A DNA stretch of 64,000 nt from positions 1-64,000 of the forward strand of contig JAWODC010000026.1 of the NCBI GenBank assembly GCA_046483495.1, written 5' to 3'. Origin of the DNA: Desulfobacterales bacterium. Its GTDB lineage: Bacteria; Desulfobacterota; Desulfobacteria; Desulfobacterales; UBA5616. The position numbers and the translations under genes are program-made. Below the pieces are notes generated by a model. The model saw nothing but the letters and a program-made list of their open reading frames with translations, was not told where the DNA came from and did no database searches. Shown piece by piece: positions 58,207 to 64,000 of this stretch; within the stretch, counting starts at the first letter, position 1, and each line of letters begins with the position of its first letter.

Positions 58207-58806
58207 TTACTCCTCTGTCATGTTTTCATAATACCCCCGAACTTCTTGAAGCTGCTCATCCGAAAGCTGCTGCAATTCTTCCTGTGTAAACCTCGGTGAC
58301 TCCTGGAAGGTGCTCTGATCGAACGAGGCCATCAACTGCCCCTGCTGATCCATTTCCAAAAGGTTGGACGGGACGGCATGCAATGCTTCCCCTTCTCCCT
58401 GGATGAATACATAACCGGAATCCTGGCCGGTGGGGTGCACTTCCGATATCGAACCGAGTAATTGTCCTTCCCTGGTCGTTACCTGCATTCCGATCAAATC
58501 ATCGGCGGCCTGCACCTGGCCGGGTTGCTGTGCCTGGTCCATTTCACCGAAGGCTTCTTCCTGTTGGGCCATTTCACCCGTTTGATCTTGTTGACCCATT
58601 TGATCCTGCTCTTGACCGGCCATTTGGTCCTGCCTTTCCATCGGTTCGGCTACATCCCAGTCCTCCTGTTCCTGAACGGTTCCCTGTTCACCGACTTCAG
58701 GCTCCGCCATTCCGAATTCCTCTTCCTGATCCTGACAACCGATAAATGCGCCCGCTATCAGAAATAAGCTCGAGACCAAAATAATGATGTGTTTCCTGAT
58801 CGCCAT
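58207..58806 (-). CDS. Acidic Gln/Glu-rich lipoprotein with C-terminal PRC-barrel
   Basis: AGGAGGG RBS before ATG 58806; lipobox FIGC; 'LIGMQVTTREGQLLGSI…VP…VRGYY'. Confidence 0.8.
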   Translation of the reverse strand: MAIRKHIIILVSSLFLIAGAFIGCQDQEEEFGMAEPEVGEQGTVQEQEDWDVAEPMERQDQMAGQEQDQMGQQDQTGEMAQQEEAFGEMDQAQQPGQVQAADDLIGMQVTTREGQLLGSISEVHPTGQDSGYVFIQGEGEALHAVPSNLLEMDQQGQLMASFDQSTFQESPRFTQEELQQLSDEQLQEVRGYYENMTEE

Positions 58807-59002
58807 GATAAATCCCTCCTGTTTTTTTTGGTTTTCCGGCCGTTTCCGTGTCGAAAGCCCCCTATTTACGACCGTCTGCATGATAAAAGTACTGAAAAAC
58901 AAATCAAATGGGGTAAAACCCGAATTCCGACATGTGGGCTGATGTAAGTCGGCCGCCGGCTGATCGCTTTGACGGAAAGCGGATCTTGCGTGATGCACCT
59001 TT

Positions 59003-60385
59003 TCATTGTACGGCCTCGTCTAAGACGTTAAATCCATGGGCCCGCAAATGATTTGCCAGAGCCTGTTGGGCGGCCGGCTCACCGTGAACCAATCTGATGG
59101 CGCCGGGTTTTTCCGGCATAGCTGAGACCCAGGCCGTGATTTCCTTTTGGTCTGCGTGGGCCGAATAGCCGGTGATTTCGTGGACCGCCGCCCGAATCGC
59201 ATAGGTTTGATCTTCCAATTCAACCGCCGCACCTGACCGATTTTTCTGCTGAAGAATCGAGCGTCCGGTCGTGCCCCGGGCTTGATATCCTACAAATATG
59301 ATGTCGTTTTTCGGGTCTTCGATGCCGAACTTCAGGTGGTCGATAATCCGGCCGCCGGTGCACATGCCGCTTCCCGCTAATATGATATGCGGTCCGGAAA
59401 GGTGAAGCAGCTCATCATGGCCCATGGTAGATGCGGCCGTGTAAAGTTTTTCCAGCGCCAGCGGGTTTTCTCCTGAACGCATCATGTTCCGGGAGTCGGT
59501 GTCCCAAAACCGGCACATACGTTGATAAATTTCCGTGATGTCGCTCCCAAGCGGGGAATCTAAAAATACGGGTATCGTGTTATCGAGATCGAGATTGGGA
59601 AACGTTTTGCGCAAGTCCGGATCGGTGCTCAGCCGGTGCAGGTCGTACAGCAGCATCTGGGTTCTTCCAAGTGCAAAGGCGGGGATGTACACTTTTCCGC
59701 CGTCGGCGACCGCCCGCTCCAGGACCGTCCCGAGACGTTCGATTCGCCCATCCCGGTCTTCATGGGTTCTGTCCCCGTATGTGGATTCAAGAACGAGCAA
59801 ATCGCAGGCATCCGGCGGGTCCGGGTCGACCAGCAGCGGTTGGTGACCTGTGCCGATATCGCCCGAAAATATAACCGACCATGGGGGATCGGTGCTCACC
59901 AGGCGGACGAAGCAAGACCCCAGAATGTGCCCTGCACGTTTAAGCTGGAATCGTATATTTTTTTTCAGGTCGAATGTTTCGCTGTATTCAAACCCCCACG
60001 TCATTTTTTGAAGTTTTTGGATCGTTTCTCTGTAGGGGACCACCTGCATTTCGGGAAACCCCATGGCATCCTCGAGCATGGGGACGATCAACTCCTGTGT
60101 GGGGTGCGTCGTCAGAATTTCGCCTTTAAATCCGTGCTTGATCAGGAAGGGCAGGTGACCGATATGGTCGATATGCGCATGCGTAATAAAGACGAAATGA
60201 ATTTCCGACGGTCGAACGGGCCAGTTTTCCATCGGCATAACCCGGTCATCTCCCTGGGCAAGACCGCAGTCCACCAGAATATTCAATGAATTCGCCTGCA
60301 GCAAATGCCCGGAACCCGTCACACCGTATTCGGAACCTAGATGTACGACTTGCGGCACGTGGGCCGGATTGCCTGTGTCAGTCAT
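59003..60385 (-). CDS. MBL-fold beta-CASP ribonuclease family protein
   Basis: 'VDCG', THAHIDH, 'AGHILGS', 'ESTYG', 'SGMCTGGRI', 'SAHAD'. Confidence 0.92.
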   Translation of the reverse strand: MTDTGNPAHVPQVVHLGSEYGVTGSGHLLQANSLNILVDCGLAQGDDRVMPMENWPVRPSEIHFVFITHAHIDHIGHLPFLIKHGFKGEILTTHPTQELIVPMLEDAMGFPEMQVVPYRETIQKLQKMTWGFEYSETFDLKKNIRFQLKRAGHILGSCFVRLVSTDPPWSVIFSGDIGTGHQPLLVDPDPPDACDLLVLESTYGDRTHEDRDGRIERLGTVLERAVADGGKVYIPAFALGRTQMLLYDLHRLSTDPDLRKTFPNLDLDNTIPVFLDSPLGSDITEIYQRMCRFWDTDSRNMMRSGENPLALEKLYTAASTMGHDELLHLSGPHIILAGSGMCTGGRIIDHLKFGIEDPKNDIIFVGYQARGTTGRSILQQKNRSGAAVELEDQTYAIRAAVHEITGYSAHADQKEITAWVSAMPEKPGAIRLVHGEPAAQQALANHLRAHGFNVLDEAVQ

Positions 60386-61241
60386 TTCTATGGACTCCTT
60401 TCCAGAACATTTTCAATCGATTCAGGCCGATCTTGCGTAAAATGTTTGCCTGTAAATCCCTTTTCGGGTTCATTTCGAGGGCAGGCGGTTTGGGCCGGTT
60501 TGCCGCGGCCGTGAAATTTGAAATGTGCATAAAGGATATAATATCTATTGGTTCGGCACAATAAAGGGAAAGGCGTAATACACCGATGAAAATCATTTAT
60601 TGACGATGAGAAAACGGCGATTCTTTTGGCGGGAAAATTGGGAACTAACTGGAATTTTCAAGTCAAATCATCAGCCGTCGAAGAATGCATTCTGTCGGTT
60701 TAGGCTCTTTTCGACTAGAATAAAGGTTTGACGGACATAGGATACAACGGCACCTGATTGAACAAACCATCTTCACAGGGCACGTTGTATGTTAAACAAC
60801 AGAAGGGGCATTGCATGACGAAACGGAAAAAAATCAGCCTTTGGGTCGCAAAAGACATTGGAGCAATTGCTTCGCTTTGAGCCGTATACCGGCGGATGGA
60901 TACGCGGCGATTTCGAAATGCATCTGCCGATCGAAAACATTTCGGAAATGCGGATCGAGGGGTCGGTGTGGGCCGGTGATGTAATTTGCGGAAAAGGGGT
61001 TGCCGAACCGCATTCGTTGTAAAAAGGTTATCCGGTTCGATAGATTCGGTTATACATTTTGCAGCTTTCTGAATGCATGATTTCCCCTATTTCGCGGTAA
61101 TCCGCAAACGTTTACCATCATTGCGGTCGTTTCTGGGAACGGGTTGCAGACCCAAACGATTTTAATTCAGATCTCATGCAAAAGGGAATTCTCTCATCGA
61201 ATTACGCGTGAGAAACTGCAACTGCTTCGGGGGAGTCGCCT

Positions 61242-64000
61242 ATGAACAGAAAAATGGTAACCATCGACGGCAATGAAGCCGCAGCATATGTCGCCCATAG
61301 AACCAACGAAGTCATCGCCATATATCCGATTACGCCCTCTTCCCCGATGGGGGAATGGGCCGACGAGTGGTCGGCCAGGGGATATAAGAATATCTGGGGC
61401 ACCTTGCCGCATGTGTATGAAATGCAGAGCGAGGCCGGAGCGGCCGGGGCTCTTCACGGTGCGCTGCAGGCCGGGGCGCTTGCCACGACGTTTACCGCGT
61501 CCCAAGGGCTTTTATTGATGATCCCCAACATGTTCAAGATAGCCGGAGAGCTCACTGCGACCGTTTTTCATGTTACAGCCAGGACAATCGCCACCCACGG
61601 CCTCTCCATATTCGGAGACCACAGTGATGTGATGGCCGCCCGTTCGACCGGATGCGCCATGCTGGCCGCCGATTCCGTGCAGGAGGCTATGGATTTTGCG
61701 TTGATCGCCCAGTCCGCCACGCTGCGGTCCCGCGTGCCGTTCATTCATTTTTTCGACGGCTTCCGGACGTCCCACGAAGTTGCAAAGGTGGAGCAGCTCA
61801 CGTTGGACGATATGAGAGCCATGATCGATGACAACCTCGTTGCGGCGCACCGGGAAAGGGCACTGACGCCGGATCGGCCCGTCATTCGCGGAACGGCGAT
61901 AAACCCGGACGTGTTTTTTCAGGGCAGGGAGGCATCGAATCCATTTTATCAGGCATGTCCGGAAATCGTAGAGAAGACGATGGACCGCTTTTATGATCTC
62001 GTGGGAAGGCGGTATGCACTTTATCAATATGTCGGGGCTCCGGATGCCGATCGGGTCCTGGTGATCATGGGGTCGGCCGCGGAGACCGTCATGGAAACCG
62101 TCGGAGTTTTAAACGAACAGGGGGAAAAGGTGGGATTGGTCAAGGTGCGGCTGTATCGCCCTTTTTCCGGGAAGCACTTTTTAGAGGCGCTGCCGAAAAC
62201 GGTAAAAGCGATTGCCTGCCTCGACCGCACCAAAGAGCCCGGTTCGGCGGGAGAGCCGCTTTACCAGGATGTGCTTACCATGATCAGTGAAGGTTTCTCC
62301 GATGGATCCGTCGGGTTCGCGGCATTTCCCCGAGTGGTCGGGGGGCGCTACGGACTTTCCTCCAAGGAATTCACACCCGCAATGGTCAAAGGTGTTTTTG
62401 ACGAATTGAAGCAATCAAAACCCAAAAATCATTTCACTGTCGGCATCGACGATGATATCACCCATACGAGCATCGACTACGATCCCTTCTTTACCGCAGA
62501 AAAAGGCGAGGTGATTCGGGCCATGTTCTACGGCCTTGGCGCGGACGGGACGGTCGGTGCGAACAAGAACTCCATTAAAATCATCGGCGAGGGAACCCCC
62601 AACTTCGCCCAGGGATATTTTGTCTATGACTCGAAAAAATCGGGTTCGCAAACGGTTTCCCATCTTCGCTTCGGCCCGACGCCGATTCATGCCGAATACC
62701 TTGTACACAAAGCGAACTTCATCGCTTGCCATCAGCCGTTTTTTCTCGAAAAACCCGGTATTTTGGCCGGTGCGGCAGAAGGCGCCGTCTTTCTGCTCAA
62801 TTCTCCTATCGGCCCGGAAAACATCTGGGACTACGTACCGGCGGAAAGCCAACGGCACCTGATCGACAAAAAGATGGCCTTCTATGTTATCGATGCGTAT
62901 AAAGTCGCCGGCGAGGCCGGGCTGGGGGGAAGGATCAACACGGTGATGCAAACGTGCTTTTTCGCGATTTCAGGTGTTCTGCCGAAGGAAGCGGCCATCG
63001 AGGCGATCAAAGACGCCATTCGAAAGACTTACGGAAAACGGGGCGAACACATTGTTCGGATTAATTTCGAGGCCGTCGACAAGACGCTTGCCAACCTTCA
63101 TCGGGTCACCATCCCGGAAACGGTCCGGGAAGGGGGCGAAAGCCGCCCGGTGGTGCCGGAGGAGGCGCCCGAATTCGTCAGAAAGGTGACCGCGGTGATG
63201 ATGGAAGGAAAAGGGGACGAACTGCCGGTAAGCGCCATGCCGGTGGACGGTACGTTTCCGACCGGCACGACCCGATGGGAAAAACGGAACGTTGCGCTGG
63301 AAATTCCCATCTGGGACAAGGAGGTGTGCATCCAGTGCGGCAAATGCTCTTTGTATTGCCCCCATGCGACCATTCGAATGAAGGCTTACCATGAAGACCA
63401 TCTCCGGAATGCGCCGGAATCATTTCAATGGACCCCTGCCCGGGGCCGGGATTTTCCCGAGGGCACGCTCTTTACGGTCCAGGTTGCGCCGGAAGACTGC
63501 ACCGGGTGCGGCGTATGCGTCAATGTATGCCCCGCCAAAAACAAGAAGGAACTGGGCAAAAAGGCCATTAACATGCACGCCAAAATCCCGGTTTTGGAGC
63601 GGGAGAAGGCCAATTATGAACATTTTCTCCGGATTCCCGATTATGATCGTGATGCGCTTAAGATCCACACGGTTAAAGGATCCCAATTGTTGAAACCCCT
63701 CTTTGAATACTCCGGCGCCTGTGCCGGGTGCGGCGAAACGCCGTATATTAAGCTGTTGACGCAGCTTCTCGGCGATCGGCTTTTGATTTCGAATGCAACG
63801 GGCTGTTCATCCATATACGGCGGGAATCTCCCGACTACGCCGTATACGACGAATGCCGAAGGGCGGGGGCCGGCATGGTCGAATTCGTTGTTCGAAGATT
63901 GCGCGGAATTCGGATTGGGCATGCGGATGGCCGTCGACAAAAACACCGAATTCGCCCGTGAACTGTTAAAGGAAAGTGCCGGACGTCTGGGTGAATCCCG
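61242..64000 (+). CDS. nifJ: Pyruvate:ferredoxin (flavodoxin) oxidoreductase, single-chain, runs off window end (not in ORF track)
   Basis: MNRKMVTIDGNEAAA…YPITP; GADGTVG; CIQCGKCSLYCP; CTGCGVCVNVCP; GACAGCGETPY. Confidence 0.96.
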   Translation, partial: MNRKMVTIDGNEAAAYVAHRTNEVIAIYPITPSSPMGEWADEWSARGYKNIWGTLPHVYEMQSEAGAAGALHGALQAGALATTFTASQGLLLMIPNMFKIAGELTATVFHVTARTIATHGLSIFGDHSDVMAARSTGCAMLAADSVQEAMDFALIAQSATLRSRVPFIHFFDGFRTSHEVAKVEQLTLDDMRAMIDDNLVAAHRERALTPDRPVIRGTAINPDVFFQGREASNPFYQACPEIVEKTMDRFYDLVGRRYALYQYVGAPDADRVLVIMGSAAETVMETVGVLNEQGEKVGLVKVRLYRPFSGKHFLEALPKTVKAIACLDRTKEPGSAGEPLYQDVLTMISEGFSDGSVGFAAFPRVVGGRYGLSSKEFTPAMVKGVFDELKQSKPKNHFTVGIDDDITHTSIDYDPFFTAEKGEVIRAMFYGLGADGTVGANKNSIKIIGEGTPNFAQGYFVYDSKKSGSQTVSHLRFGPTPIHAEYLVHKANFIACHQPFFLEKPGILAGAAEGAVFLLNSPIGPENIWDYVPAESQRHLIDKKMAFYVIDAYKVAGEAGLGGRINTVMQTCFFAISGVLPKEAAIEAIKDAIRKTYGKRGEHIVRINFEAVDKTLANLHRVTIPETVREGGESRPVVPEEAPEFVRKVTAVMMEGKGDELPVSAMPVDGTFPTGTTRWEKRNVALEIPIWDKEVCIQCGKCSLYCPHATIRMKAYHEDHLRNAPESFQWTPARGRDFPEGTLFTVQVAPEDCTGCGVCVNVCPAKNKKELGKKAINMHAKIPVLEREKANYEHFLRIPDYDRDALKIHTVKGSQLLKPLFEYSGACAGCGETPYIKLLTQLLGDRLLISNATGCSSIYGGNLPTTPYTTNAEGRGPAWSNSLFEDCAEFGLGMRMAVDKNTEFARELLKESAGRLGES

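Noticed and set aside
61194..63946. Numerous short ORFs listed in the track
   Set aside because: All overlap the open-ended nifJ frame, which the track omits because it has no stop in the window

Overview
Chromosomal window from a Gram-negative anaerobe. A Desulfobacterota-like origin is inferred from the single-chain PFOR, three large Fe-S paralogues and a desulforedoxin-like peptide; this is not proven. From left to right it contains: (1) the 3' part of an atypical chaperone/usher-like surface-appendage operon (1-4571); (2) a ~54 kb region dominated by general-stress/dormancy-type genes (AI-2E, SYLF, acidic lipoproteins, P-type ATPase, frameshifted PAP2, MCE/Mla transporter, YihY, LigD, PfpI, App1, MscS, GalT + TreT-like, DUF72, cardiolipin synthase, BON-SRPBCC, PRC-barrel); (3) inside that region, a ~16 kb glycoconjugate locus (17.9-33.8 kb) with a TIGR04290-type methyltransferase, GT9, a second methyltransferase, three CgeB-like GTs, GT4, two SDR epimerases, two dehydrogenases, a histidine phosphatase and an apparently circularly permuted clan GH-A hydrolase; (4) a beta-CASP MBL nuclease and a 3'-truncated nifJ/PFOR. 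Direct reading also found two small Cys-rich ORFs missing from the ORF track (17333-17506 +, 48573-48731 -), a 152-bp MITE-like hairpin that supplies the cls stop codon, and repeated operator-like boxes. I saw no rRNA, tRNA, CRISPR array, transposase or integrase. All family calls come from motif recognition by eye; no database search was run.
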